DNA of 64,000 nucleotides from NCBI GenBank assembly GCA_963827085.1, contig CAWGZY010000001.1, positions 117,837 to 181,836 on the forward strand, in the 5' to 3' direction. This DNA is from an uncultured Bacteroidota bacterium (GTDB lineage: Bacteria; Bacteroidota; Ignavibacteria; UBA10030; UBA8401). The notes beneath the pieces are model-generated. The model was not told where the DNA came from. It did not search any database and saw nothing but the letters and a program-made list of their open reading frames with translations. How positions within the stretch are numbered: the first letter of the stretch is position 1; every line of letters begins with the position of its first letter. The translations under genes were made by a program, and so were the position numbers. Positions 47,207 through 60,010 of the stretch are shown piece after piece.

Positions 47207-47617
47207 CTATTTGAGCGCGGAAGTGAGGATAAGTTTGCCGTGTTTTACCCCCTTGAAGCTGAGAATCTTGTGTGCGATCTGTTGAAGCTCTAGTGCTTTT
47301 CCTTTCATGACCACCGATTCGAGACAGGCATCGTGATCGATGTGAATGTGTGTGGTCGACACGATCTGCTTGAAGTGATGATGCTGAAAATCCGTGAGCA
47401 TTCCCTCAAGCTCACGCTGATGATGATCATAAACGTATGAGATAATTCCAAACGTCGGGGTGTTGGAATGGTGAACCGCCTCATCGACAAGTTTTTCCCG
47501 GACAAGGTCACGAATCGCTTCTGAGCGGTTGGTATATCCCCGGCGGGATATGAGAAGGTCGAACTTTTCAAGAAGGCTCTCTTCCATCGAAACGCCGAAC
47601 CGATTGAGTCTTTTCAT
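47207..47617 (-). CDS. nikR: nickel-responsive regulator
   Basis: RFGVSM ribbon-helix-helix, NRSEAIRD, YDHH, THIHIDHDACLE, GVKHGKL; ATG at 47617. Confidence 0.96.
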   Translation of the reverse strand: MKRLNRFGVSMEESLLEKFDLLISRRGYTNRSEAIRDLVREKLVDEAVHHSNTPTFGIISYVYDHHQRELEGMLTDFQHHHFKQIVSTTHIHIDHDACLESVVMKGKALELQQIAHKILSFKGVKHGKLILTSALK

Positions 47618-47619
47618 GC

Positions 47620-47665
47620 GTAGCACCTTTTTTATTAATATAGCACAATTTCGGATAACTTGCAA
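47620..47665 (-). promoter_or_regulatory. nikR promoter with a direct-repeat NikR operator
   Basis: TTGCAA-N17-TATATT; GTGCTAT-N13-GTGCTAC (47646-47620) overlaps the -10. Confidence 0.75.
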
Positions 47666-47801
47666 TCATCGATATCAAGGAGTGATGTCAGGACTTCTTA
47701 TAAACTGACATAATTACGGGATAGGCCATCCCCAAATAACCTGGGGCACTGCACCACTTTTCATACTGTAAAACAACGACAATGCGTTGGGTCTTCTACA
47801 C

Positions 47802-49583
47802 CTACGAGCTCAGCACTTCCCACCCTCGTTTATTGATTCTGTAATAAATGATCCCGCCGAAAATGAACCCGATTGTGAGAAGGCCTATCCCGGTAGACAT
47901 GCTTCCTAAAATTATTTTACCCGTTCCGAAAAGAAAGGCGTAGATCATAATGACGCCGCTTATCCAGTTCACAAGGTTGAAGATGCCATCCTTTTGAGGA
48001 ACGATGTCGGTCGCTTCGGCTGCTATCGGTTTCCACATCGTTGGGTTGGGACGGACACGGCGGTAGAAGGAAAGTAATTTTTCCCGGGGTTCGGGTAGTG
48101 TCAGAAATGTCACTGAAAGCCAGACGGCCGTTGTCGCTGTCACTGTGATGAGAAGAAGGTAAGCGAATTCTTTCGGTTCGCCTTCGTTGAGATGAAAAGC
48201 AAATTGAAGTATCATCGACATGACGAATGCCGCGATCATCGCCGAGATTTCGCTCCACGCATTGATGCGCCACCAGAACCAGCGGAGGATATAAACGAGG
48301 CCTGTTCCCGCGCCGACTGCCATCAAAAATCTCCATGCATTGCCGATTGAATCCATATAGAATGTGACGACGGCAGAAAGAATCATCAGCAGCATCGTGA
48401 TGACTTGCGAGACAGCGACGTAGTGTTTCTCGTTTTTGTTCGGCCTCCAGAAACGGCGGTAGACATCGTTTACGAGATAGCTCGCCCCCCAGTTCAGCTG
48501 CGTGCCGATCGTGGACATGTACGCTGCCGCAAACGCAGCCAGCATCAGGCCGCGCAGGTATGCCGGCAGATCCGAGATAAGAATGCGAATGTAGCCCGAT
48601 TCGGGATCCGCTTGAAACGCCGGATCGTGTTGGTAACGGACTACTGCAACGAGTCCGACCAAAATCCACGGCCAGGGGCGTATTGCGTAATGCGCCACGT
48701 TAAACCATAGGGTTGCAAGGAGGGAGTGCTTCTCGTTTTTTGCAGAGAAGATTCGCTGAGCAATATACCCGCCTCCTCCCGGTTCTGCTCCCGGATACCA
48801 CGATGCCCACCAGTTCACGGCAATGAAAACGAAGAATGTTATCAGCGGCATCCATGCCGAATTGATGTCTGGGACAAATGACAGAATCGATCCTTGCGAT
48901 CCTCGCGTCTCGTCAATTGTATGAAGCTGTACGACCATTGCATGCATACCTCCCGTCGCATTAATCGCGAAGACGGCGAGCAGGATGACCATCCCCATCT
49001 TCAAAGCAAACTGGAATAAGTCCGTCCACAACACGCCCCACAAGCCCGACAGCGTTGAGATTGATGCGGTAATGAACATGATGGCAATCGCGATAACGAG
49101 CGCTTCAATTTTTGAAATTCCAAGTGCCAGCATCATGATTTTGACGATGGCGAGGTTCACCCATCCCAAAATAATCAGGTTGATCGGCAGTCCGAGGTAC
49201 ACGGCGCGGAACCAGCGAAGAAACGTTGCAGGTTTCCCCGAATACCGAATCTCGGCAAATTCCACGTCGGTGAGCACGCCTGCGCGCCGCCACAGTTTGG
49301 CGAAAAAGAATACGGTAAGCATTCCACTGAACGCCATGCTCCACCAAATCCAGTTGCCGGCGATGCCGTTTCTTGCGACTAGGCCGGTGACCACCAGCGG
49401 GGTATCGGCGGCGAATGTCGTTGCAACCATCGATGTGCCGGCAAGCCACCACGAGACGTTTCTTCCAGAGATAAAAAAATCGCTGACACTTTTCGTCGCA
49501 CGCTTGCGGAGGAAAAGGGCAACTGCAAGGTTAATCGCGAAGTAAAGGGCGATCACAATCAAATCTATTATAGTCAGCTGCAT
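47802..49583 (-). CDS. sodium:solute symporter family transporter
   Basis: FFISGR, SMVATTFAADTP, YIAQR, AAYMST; many TM segments. Confidence 0.92.
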   Translation of the reverse strand: MQLTIIDLIVIALYFAINLAVALFLRKRATKSVSDFFISGRNVSWWLAGTSMVATTFAADTPLVVTGLVARNGIAGNWIWWSMAFSGMLTVFFFAKLWRRAGVLTDVEFAEIRYSGKPATFLRWFRAVYLGLPINLIILGWVNLAIVKIMMLALGISKIEALVIAIAIMFITASISTLSGLWGVLWTDLFQFALKMGMVILLAVFAINATGGMHAMVVQLHTIDETRGSQGSILSFVPDINSAWMPLITFFVFIAVNWWASWYPGAEPGGGGYIAQRIFSAKNEKHSLLATLWFNVAHYAIRPWPWILVGLVAVVRYQHDPAFQADPESGYIRILISDLPAYLRGLMLAAFAAAYMSTIGTQLNWGASYLVNDVYRRFWRPNKNEKHYVAVSQVITMLLMILSAVVTFYMDSIGNAWRFLMAVGAGTGLVYILRWFWWRINAWSEISAMIAAFVMSMILQFAFHLNEGEPKEFAYLLLITVTATTAVWLSVTFLTLPEPREKLLSFYRRVRPNPTMWKPIAAEATDIVPQKDGIFNLVNWISGVIMIYAFLFGTGKIILGSMSTGIGLLTIGFIFGGIIYYRINKRGWEVLSS

Positions 49584-49619
49584 CGAAAACTCCTGCGAAT
49601 GGGGTATGATAAGCGATTC

Positions 49620-49862
49620 GAGACATCCGCCAAATTTTCTCGCGCCACGCCGCTGGCGAAGCCATCCCCTTGGAATTTTGCGCGAGCAGTACTTTTGGAA
49701 TTATTCAGAAGTCTCAATTCGGAACATCTGAAAAATTGTTTCGCGCTAAGCCGTTAAGGCGCGAAGGATCTGTTTTAGAATCATTTTGCAACTTTGCGTC
49801 TGGCAAGCCATCCCCTTGGAATTTTGCGCGAGCAGTACTTTTGGGATTATTCAGAAGTCTCA
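49620..49862. mobile_element. two tandem copies of MITE-like family A
   Basis: 49620-49716 and ~49720-49862 share AAGCCATCCCCTTGGAATTTTGCGCGAGCAGTACTTTTGGRATTATTCAGAAGTCTCA; similar to 11102-11222. Confidence 0.75.
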
Positions 49863-50041
49863 GTTCGTAATTTTGGTGCACGATCAAAGCAACGGCAGAA
49901 AAATGAGGACTCATGAGAGGATTTTTTTTGGCGACGGGAGTTCAGTGAACTACGGCGGGTTTAATGCAACGCATTTTCTCGGCATCAGCGAAGAAGGCGG
50001 CATGCAATTGGAGATTGCAGAAAACAAGGGGATAGAATGCT

Positions 50042-50374
50042 TCACTCTTTCGTCGCTTTAGCAACGGTATCGAATATTGGAAAAACGCGGTCGAGCTGGG
50101 AAATTTTAAGAAGTGCCATAACTTTCTTGTGCACGCCAACGAGGATGACCTTGCCCCCGTGCCCGCGCATCTGGCGTTCAGCGATGAGGAGGGCGCTCAA
50201 TCCGCTGCTGTCGCAAAACTCGACATCGGTCAAATCCACCACGAGCGATTTAAGAGTGGGGCGGCAGAGAAGGATAAATTCCCCTTTCAACTCCGGCGAG
50301 ACCGAAACGTCGAGTTTCCGTTCCTTTATCTTGATGACCGTTTGCTGCGTATTCTTTGTAATGTCAAACTTCAT
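50042..50374 (-). CDS. STAS-domain anti-sigma-factor antagonist
   Basis: VVDLTDVEFCDSSGLSAL. Confidence 0.92.
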   Translation of the reverse strand: MKFDITKNTQQTVIKIKERKLDVSVSPELKGEFILLCRPTLKSLVVDLTDVEFCDSSGLSALLIAERQMRGHGGKVILVGVHKKVMALLKISQLDRVFPIFDTVAKATKE

Positions 50375-50392
50375 TGGACCTCCAACGCTCCG

Positions 50393-50965
50393 TCAAAACA
50401 TTGCCATGGTGCGCAACAACTGCTCGAAGCTTCGCTGCGGACTCTTTTCGTGGGATGTCTTCAACTGAAAATTGTAGAACTTGTCGCCGTTTTCTTTCAC
50501 GAAGCCGACTTTCAACGCTGCGTTCGCGCTGCGGCAGAGGTATGCAGCGTGAAGAACCATCGGGAGGTTGAGGTCGAAGACGACGTCGTATTTTTGGCGG
50601 CTGAGCTTTTGCACTGCCTTCTTCTTGGGAAGATAGAAAAAACTGATATTATCTTTTGTCATCGGAAAAACGTCGCAATGAGCCAGCGAACTCGAGAGGT
50701 CGCGAAAAGAATCGTAGATCACGATAGTCAATTTGTCCCCGCGGAATTTATTCTGCAGCGACGTCAGTAACGGAATCGCCAGCGCACGGTGCTCGCTGTC
50801 TTCAGGAGCTATTACGAGAGCAGTGCGCGCTTCGGAATACAATTTTGTGAATTCCGTCTGCGGATAATTATGCTTGCGAAAATGAAACCCCGCAAGAGCC
50901 ATCCCGATCCGCATCCGTAAGGATTCCAGCATAATAAATTCGTTGCTCTTTCTCTGGCTGATCAA
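50393..50965 (-). CDS. conserved hypothetical protein (DUF6913/GT9-N-like)
   Basis: YDVVFDLN...LKVGF..FYNF pattern; stop abuts the STAS RBS. Start may be ATG 50932. Confidence 0.6.
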   Translation of the reverse strand: MISQRKSNEFIMLESLRMRIGMALAGFHFRKHNYPQTEFTKLYSEARTALVIAPEDSEHRALAIPLLTSLQNKFRGDKLTIVIYDSFRDLSSSLAHCDVFPMTKDNISFFYLPKKKAVQKLSRQKYDVVFDLNLPMVLHAAYLCRSANAALKVGFVKENGDKFYNFQLKTSHEKSPQRSFEQLLRTMAMF

Positions 50966-51004
50966 AGTTGCAAAAGGTTTATCTTAAAAGCAAGCCGTGC
51001 ATAA

Positions 51005-51080
51005 AGATGTAGGACGCTTTGCTGATTGCCTTGCTAAATATTTTAGATGAATGTTGGCATAAGTACGAAGTGTCCTACAT

Positions 51081-51082
<2 letters not shown>
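51005..51082. repeat. REPIN-like inverted pair of the RAYT-associated REP
   Basis: AGATGTAGGACGCTT...(~50 nt)...AAGTGTCCTACATCT, abutting the ligA stop. Confidence 0.72.
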
Positions 51083-53937
<2,855 letters not shown>

Positions 53938-54016
53938 TGGCGATTATAGTGTTAAAAAAATGCAGTTGTAACATACGTATTGGCGGATTATTTTTCAACA
54001 AAAGAATTGCTGGATC

Positions 54017-56254
54017 TTACGATTTGTGGTTCCTGTCCAACACTTCGCGGATTTTTTTTGAGAGGTCCTCGATCTGATACGGTTTCTGTAGAAATCCGTC
54101 GACTTTTTTTGCGAACGTGTCTTCCCCCAACACAGAGTCGCTGTATCCGCTTGAGATAATCACTTTTGCATGAGATTTTATTCGCCGAATTTTTTGAAAA
54201 ACTTCTTTTCCCCCCATTGCCGGCATTGTCATATCGAGGAGTACCAGGTCGATCTTTTTCTTTTTTGCGAGAATGTCCAGGGCTTCCTTCCCGCCTGGCG
54301 ATGATTCGACCGTATAGCCGAGGTCCGACAGCATGGCGCTGATTGTCGTGCGCACAATTTCCTCGTCGTCGACTACTAAAATTGTTTCTTTTCCGCCGAC
54401 TATTTTTCTCTCCGATCGCACGGTTTTTGACTTGAACGTCTCGGGTAATTTTGGGAGGAGGATGGAGAATGATGTTCCTTTCCCCGGTTCGCTCTGAACC
54501 GAAATGTAGCCTCCATGCGTATTCACGACGCCGTACACCACTGATAATCCGAGGCCGGTTCCTTTTCCCTGCTCTTTTGTCGTAAAGAAGGGCTCGAACA
54601 TCTGCTGCTGCACTTCTTTGCTCATTCCGATGCCGCTGTCGACAACTCTCACTGCGATGTAACTTCCGCTGCGGGTTTCGCCCGACAGCGTACTGCGGTC
54701 CTGTTCGGAATATTGAACGGGCGACGTTTCTATTGTCAGCGTCCCGCCGTTCGGCATTGCGTCCCGTGCATTGATGAAAATATTCAGCATTGCCTGCTGG
54801 ATTTGTCCCTCGTCGCCGTTCACGATCGCCACTTCTGAAGTAAAATTTGTGACGATGGATATGTTCGGGCTGACGCTTCGTTCAAAGAGATGGATCGTTT
54901 CGGTAAGGATCGCGTGGATGTCAACGGGATGCACCTCGACGTTGCCGCGTCTGGCGAACGTCAGCAGCTGGCGTGTGAGCGATGCTCCCCGTTTCGCCGC
55001 CGTTTCGATGATGTCGACGAAGGGAAACCATTTGTCGTTCTCATTCATTCGGCGGCGCATGATCGACGATGAGCCGAGAATGGAGGCGAGGATATTGTTG
55101 AAGTCGTGCGCGACGCCGCCGGCAAGGTTGCCAATGCTGTCGATTTTCTGCGCCTGCATGATTTTCTGTTCGAGTTTTTTCTTTTCGGTAATATCGCGGA
55201 CGACGCAGCGCATCAGCACCGGGAGGTGTTTGTCGTCGTAGACGAGCGACGTGTTAACGCTCACGTCGATGATCGCTCCGTCACGCTTTATCATTTGTTC
55301 TTCCATCCCTCGGAATTCGTGTCCGTTCTCGAATGCTTTTAACAATGTCTCGAGTACACTGAGCCGGTACTCCGGCGGATAGAGCTGCGTGAGGGGATGA
55401 CCGATGATGTCGGTTTTCTGATAGCCGAGCGTCTGCACTTCCGTTTGGTTGCAGCTGATGACGAGTCCTTCGCGGTTCACGAGGTGGTACATGTCCGGCG
55501 AGTGCTCGAACAAATCAGCATACTGCTGTTCCGATTTTCTCAGCCGGTCGAAAAGATGCGCGTTGTTCAGCGCAACATTGATATGATTGCCGAACGCAGC
55601 GATGAGGTCAACCTGCCGTTCAGAAAAGAACCCCTTCACGGTTGTTGCAAGCAGCAACACTCCCGCAAATTGGTCCGCGGCTCGCAGCGGCACCGATACC
55701 CATGATGAAATTCCAGCTCGTAGCACGCTTTCATCGATGAATGATGTACTCGCAAACGTATCCTCTTTTTGTGTATGGATTTTTTGTATCCACGGGATAA
55801 GCTCAATGTTGTCGAGAGCTTTGTCGTTGAAAAAGCTGAACGAGGCGCCGCGCGAATTCCGCAGCTCCAGCTTTGTATCCACCACGATGTACAGCCAGCC
55901 GTATTCCGTCCGGGCAAGCTCGACCACTATCTGAAGTACGTTGCTGAGAAGATAATCGAGGTCGATCGATTGGTTCACCGATTCCGCCACGCGGTTCAGC
56001 GCTTCAAGTTCTCGCTTCTGCGCTTCGAGCTGTCTTCCGTATTTGAGCGAGAAATAAACGCTCGCGAAGCCGATGATACCGACGGTGATGATGCTGATGA
56101 AGTCGAGCGGAGTGAGTTCCAGGTTCAGGACAATGTTTGCGCTGATGATCGTCACCATGATGACGACGACGGCCGTTGAGGCGACAATCTGTGCCTGCTC
56201 GACAAGGCCTAAGTTCTGAAAAAACGCCCGCAGTTTTCGGATGAAATGTTTCAT
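54017..56254 (-). CDS. hybrid sensor kinase (2 TM-GAF-PAS-HisKA-HATPase-REC)
   Basis: LAGGVAHDFNN, INARDAM, FEPFFTTK, GTGLGL, C-terminal receiver. Confidence 0.94.
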   Translation of the reverse strand: MKHFIRKLRAFFQNLGLVEQAQIVASTAVVVIMVTIISANIVLNLELTPLDFISIITVGIIGFASVYFSLKYGRQLEAQKRELEALNRVAESVNQSIDLDYLLSNVLQIVVELARTEYGWLYIVVDTKLELRNSRGASFSFFNDKALDNIELIPWIQKIHTQKEDTFASTSFIDESVLRAGISSWVSVPLRAADQFAGVLLLATTVKGFFSERQVDLIAAFGNHINVALNNAHLFDRLRKSEQQYADLFEHSPDMYHLVNREGLVISCNQTEVQTLGYQKTDIIGHPLTQLYPPEYRLSVLETLLKAFENGHEFRGMEEQMIKRDGAIIDVSVNTSLVYDDKHLPVLMRCVVRDITEKKKLEQKIMQAQKIDSIGNLAGGVAHDFNNILASILGSSSIMRRRMNENDKWFPFVDIIETAAKRGASLTRQLLTFARRGNVEVHPVDIHAILTETIHLFERSVSPNISIVTNFTSEVAIVNGDEGQIQQAMLNIFINARDAMPNGGTLTIETSPVQYSEQDRSTLSGETRSGSYIAVRVVDSGIGMSKEVQQQMFEPFFTTKEQGKGTGLGLSVVYGVVNTHGGYISVQSEPGKGTSFSILLPKLPETFKSKTVRSERKIVGGKETILVVDDEEIVRTTISAMLSDLGYTVESSPGGKEALDILAKKKKIDLVLLDMTMPAMGGKEVFQKIRRIKSHAKVIISSGYSDSVLGEDTFAKKVDGFLQKPYQIEDLSKKIREVLDRNHKS

Positions 56255-56426
56255 GCCTGAAATGTGTGCATCATGGATTAGACGATAGTGCCGGTTCTAA
56301 AAAGCAAAGTTAAAGTTATCATTCTGTTGCATCAAAGGATTCATCGGCTTCACCTCCAAGGGAATTTCCGAAGGGGGCGATTGAGGGGCGGTCGCAACAA
56401 TACAATATTTATTTTCGGTACTGGCG

Positions 56427-57515
56427 CTAGTTCCTTGACGTCGGTCTTACTCGTTTTATTTCGCGCGACCGCTTCAGCTTCCCCTCGATTGTGGCCGTGA
56501 GCAATTCCGCATCAAACGGCTTTGTAATGTAATCGTCAACCCCCATTTGTTTTCCTGCCCGCACGACGATGTCCTGGTCGAGTCCGCTCATAAAGATAAA
56601 CGGCACGTCGACAAACCGGTCGATTCCCCGGAATTTTTCGTAAAATGTAAAACCGTTCATCTTCGGCTTCACGAAATCGATATCACACACGACGATATCG
56701 GGCGTGATTGTTTCGAGCGCCTTCAATCCATCCTCACCGGAATTCACCGCGAAACATGTATAGCCGGATTCGGTCAAAACATCTTTAAGAACACTGAGGA
56801 ACGAATTATCATCATCGAGCAGCAGCACCGTTCCTTTCGCCTTCAGCGATTGAAGAAACTGGTTGATTTTCTGCTCGACACTTAAATGCTCCTGATCCGT
56901 AATCTTGAATCGTTTACGGATATCGACGAAAGACGTTACGCCCATTTTCCACGCCTCCCTGATCGCGGCGAGGTATGCCTCAATTCTAACCTGGCCCTCG
57001 ATCTCGGCATGATCTTTCTCCGTAATCTCAAACGTCTCTTTCATGGAATCGATCTGCGACTGCTCTTCGGCACTCACATTACCGTCCGACCAAATTTCCG
57101 TCAGCAGCGTTCGATACGCCTCGAGTGCAGCGGGGGAGTGGGGGATGTGGAGCGCGGCAACTTTTGTGTAGGATGGTTTCGCACGAGGGGGTGCGGCCGG
57201 CTTTTCTGCAAAAGAGACAGGGATTTTCTCTTCTATTATTTTCTCATCTATTTTCTCTTTCTCGACCGGTGGCACTGCTTTCGTGCGAGGAGGTTCTTCC
57301 TTTTTCGCAAGGGCGGCATTATCCTTTGCTTCGGCATCTTTTAAAGCGAGGATTCGCTCTTTATACGCACGGGCGTAGACATTGCGCTGTTCGATTTCAA
57401 AAACCCGCTCAATGAAGCCAAGGGCGGCGTCCAGATTGTTATCTTTGATCGAACGGTCAGCGGACTTCAAGAGTTCGCTGATTGAGCGTCGATTGTTGTC
57501 CGATTCTATCGCCAT
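56427..57515 (-). CDS. response regulator with a C-terminal receiver and an atypical N-terminal helical region
   Basis: LLDDD, VCDIDF, DDYITKPF at the C-terminus; TPR-like and EIWSDGNVSAEE segments at the N-terminus. Confidence 0.85.
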   Translation of the reverse strand: MAIESDNNRRSISELLKSADRSIKDNNLDAALGFIERVFEIEQRNVYARAYKERILALKDAEAKDNAALAKKEEPPRTKAVPPVEKEKIDEKIIEEKIPVSFAEKPAAPPRAKPSYTKVAALHIPHSPAALEAYRTLLTEIWSDGNVSAEEQSQIDSMKETFEITEKDHAEIEGQVRIEAYLAAIREAWKMGVTSFVDIRKRFKITDQEHLSVEQKINQFLQSLKAKGTVLLLDDDNSFLSVLKDVLTESGYTCFAVNSGEDGLKALETITPDIVVCDIDFVKPKMNGFTFYEKFRGIDRFVDVPFIFMSGLDQDIVVRAGKQMGVDDYITKPFDAELLTATIEGKLKRSREIKRVRPTSRN

Positions 57516-57533
57516 GAGATTTGCTGTTGAAAA

Positions 57534-59045
57534 CTATTTCGATGATTTCCGATCTCCGCTTGCGGCCAGTGCCGGTTCAGACAATACAACGTTTGAAAGA
57601 TTGCTTTCATTTCCTGCCCGGTCTAAAGCTGTTACTGCATAATACCATTGTCTCCCATCAGCGGTCGAGTCGATGTACTCAACGGCGTTTCTTGACGTTA
57701 CGTTGAGAATATTCTTCGCGTCTTTTGTATCGACCGCCTGCGTCGACGAACGGTAAATATCGCAGTACAACGGTCCGTTTTTATCCGCCGTGAGGTTCCA
57801 TGAAATTTTCACATTTTTCCCGCTGGCTTTCACTTGAACTATGACCGGTGCTTGCGGTGCAATGGAATCCTTCCATGCCATTGGCGGCACGTTCGACCAG
57901 TACGGGAACTTGTCCGTTCCGAGCGTGCCCCATGTTTTCTCCAGGGCTGCTGCGGAGAAGAATACAACACCGACTGCGCCCCTTGTCCTTGCTGCATCAA
58001 TTTCGTTCGAAATTTCAGACCACCCAAACTTCTCTCCGAGGCCCAGGAGGATTCCGGGTATGACCTGCCGGTCGTAGGCAACACGCGACGTCCATTCCGT
58101 CACCAACGGACCGAACGGATGGGTTTTGTGATCCATTTCCCAATAGACCATCGGTACGACAAAATCCATTTTACCGAGTTCCATCCACCGGCGAACATCT
58201 TGATAAACGGAAGTGTACGCCGTCCAGCCGGTCCCGGAGTATTTTCCAATAACCGATGCCGAAACTTTTATCCATGGTTTCTTTTCAACGATCGCGTTAT
58301 ACGCGGAGAAAACAAATTGGTTGACCTGTTCTCGCTGCCAATTGTCCCAATCCATTCTGTCCGGATTTCCTTCGGCGCTCTTGAAGCGTGCAATGCTTAT
58401 TGAATCGTGCGAGTAGCCGAGTTTTGGAGAATCTTCAGGATAGCGAACATAATCGAAATGCACGCCGTCAATATCGTAGTTGTTGACGATGTCGAGCGCG
58501 ACCTTTACGACATGGCTGCGCGCCTCGGGGACGCCGGGTGAAATATTGACGTAATGTTCGTTCAGCGGCATCGGTTTTCCGTCCGCACCGCAGACGAGCC
58601 ACTCGGGGTGGTCAAGGTACACGGAGCGCGGTGAAGATTCAACGGGAGGTTTCTTCCCGCTCCAGATTGTAAAGACGTTAATCCATACATGAAGTTCCAG
58701 CCCAAGCCGGTGTGCTTCGTGCAAAGCGTATTCCAGCGGATCCCACCCCGGATCTTTTCCCAGCGTTCCAGTTAACGGTTCAGCCCAAGGCTCGAACTGC
58801 GATTTGTAATATGCGTCGCCGGTACCGCGCACTTGAAAAAAAATCATGTTTAATTTTGCCGTACGCGCTCTTTCGAAGATTTCTGTAATACGAGCTTTGG
58901 ATTTTGCCGAATCGACGTCGGCGTATTCAAATCGTGATATCCACACACCTCTCGCTTCGCGCTTACCCGTGAAGACTTCTTTGCATCCGGTCAAGGCGAA
59001 AATCGTTAGAACGATAAGGGCGGAGGTGATGCTCCGTCGAGCCAT
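57534..59045 (-). CDS. GHL10/YddW-like glycosyl hydrolase lipoprotein with C-terminal Fn3
   Basis: Lipobox LTGC, EARGVWI, WDPL..AH..GLELHVW, YDIDGVHFDY, YAVTALDRAGNES. Confidence 0.9.
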   Translation of the reverse strand: MARRSITSALIVLTIFALTGCKEVFTGKREARGVWISRFEYADVDSAKSKARITEIFERARTAKLNMIFFQVRGTGDAYYKSQFEPWAEPLTGTLGKDPGWDPLEYALHEAHRLGLELHVWINVFTIWSGKKPPVESSPRSVYLDHPEWLVCGADGKPMPLNEHYVNISPGVPEARSHVVKVALDIVNNYDIDGVHFDYVRYPEDSPKLGYSHDSISIARFKSAEGNPDRMDWDNWQREQVNQFVFSAYNAIVEKKPWIKVSASVIGKYSGTGWTAYTSVYQDVRRWMELGKMDFVVPMVYWEMDHKTHPFGPLVTEWTSRVAYDRQVIPGILLGLGEKFGWSEISNEIDAARTRGAVGVVFFSAAALEKTWGTLGTDKFPYWSNVPPMAWKDSIAPQAPVIVQVKASGKNVKISWNLTADKNGPLYCDIYRSSTQAVDTKDAKNILNVTSRNAVEYIDSTADGRQWYYAVTALDRAGNESNLSNVVLSEPALAASGDRKSSK

Positions 59046-59097
59046 CTTCGTCTATGGAAATACGTGGCACATCCGCCCGATGTTCAGTAAAGGCCTT

Positions 59098-59952
59098 TTA
59101 GGATGCGTTTTTGATGTACGATTCTTTCGCTTCACGGGTTAATACTTCGTTCATACTCCCCGTCCGATATCCCTGGAGGTCGAGTGTAACGTACGTGAAA
59201 CCCAGTTCCTTCAATTGCGCGACAAGAGAGAGCCGTAATGTATCGTCCAACAAGCGGTGAAGTTCTTCCGCGCCTACTTCGATACGCGCAGTTTTTTCAT
59301 CATGATGGCGGACGCGAAAGTATTTAAATCCTGCATTTCGAAGCAGCATCTCCGCACGGTCGACCTTCGTTAAATTTTCTTTTGAAATGCCGAAGCCGTA
59401 TGGAAACCGGGACGATAAGCATGCAAACGACGGCTTGTCCCACGTCGGCAGGTTCAAATGACGGGAGATTTCGCGCACGTCATTTTTTGATAATTCAGCT
59501 TCGAGCAGAGGAGAACGGACATTGTTTTCTTTCTTGGCTCTCATGCCCGGGCGAAAATCTCCCGTGTCATCGGTGATAGTTCCGTCGGCAATCCACGCAA
59601 TATTTTCCTGCTTCGCTACCTCGGTGAGCTTGCCGAATAATTCCGTTTTGCAGAAGTAACACCGGTCCGGGGGATTCTCCTGAAATTTTAGCACATCGGT
59701 TTCTTCTGTTGCGACTTCGATGTACCGTGCGCCGAATCCTTTTGCCAGCCCCGCCGCTTCCTCGTACTCCGCAGTCGGGTACGTTTCTGATTTCCCGATG
59801 ACGGCAATGGCTCTTGTCCCAAGCACGTCGATTGCAACTTTCAACAGCAATGTGCTGTCGACCCCGCCGGAGTAGCCTATGACGACCGAGCCAAGCTCCG
59901 CGACAATCGACCGGAGGCGTTCGTATTTTATTTGAGTTTGCTCAGACAGCAT
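59098..59952 (-). CDS. larE: LarE ATP-dependent sulfur transferase
   Basis: YSGGVDS PP-loop, RCYFCK, DFRPG, KPSFACLSSRFPYG, GYRTGSMN. Confidence 0.93.
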   Translation of the reverse strand: MLSEQTQIKYERLRSIVAELGSVVIGYSGGVDSTLLLKVAIDVLGTRAIAVIGKSETYPTAEYEEAAGLAKGFGARYIEVATEETDVLKFQENPPDRCYFCKTELFGKLTEVAKQENIAWIADGTITDDTGDFRPGMRAKKENNVRSPLLEAELSKNDVREISRHLNLPTWDKPSFACLSSRFPYGFGISKENLTKVDRAEMLLRNAGFKYFRVRHHDEKTARIEVGAEELHRLLDDTLRLSLVAQLKELGFTYVTLDLQGYRTGSMNEVLTREAKESYIKNAS

Positions 59953-60010
59953 GTCGGAATGCTCCGTGTGAATATGATTGCTGATGAACTGTGTTCTTTT
60001 ATGGAACGGT

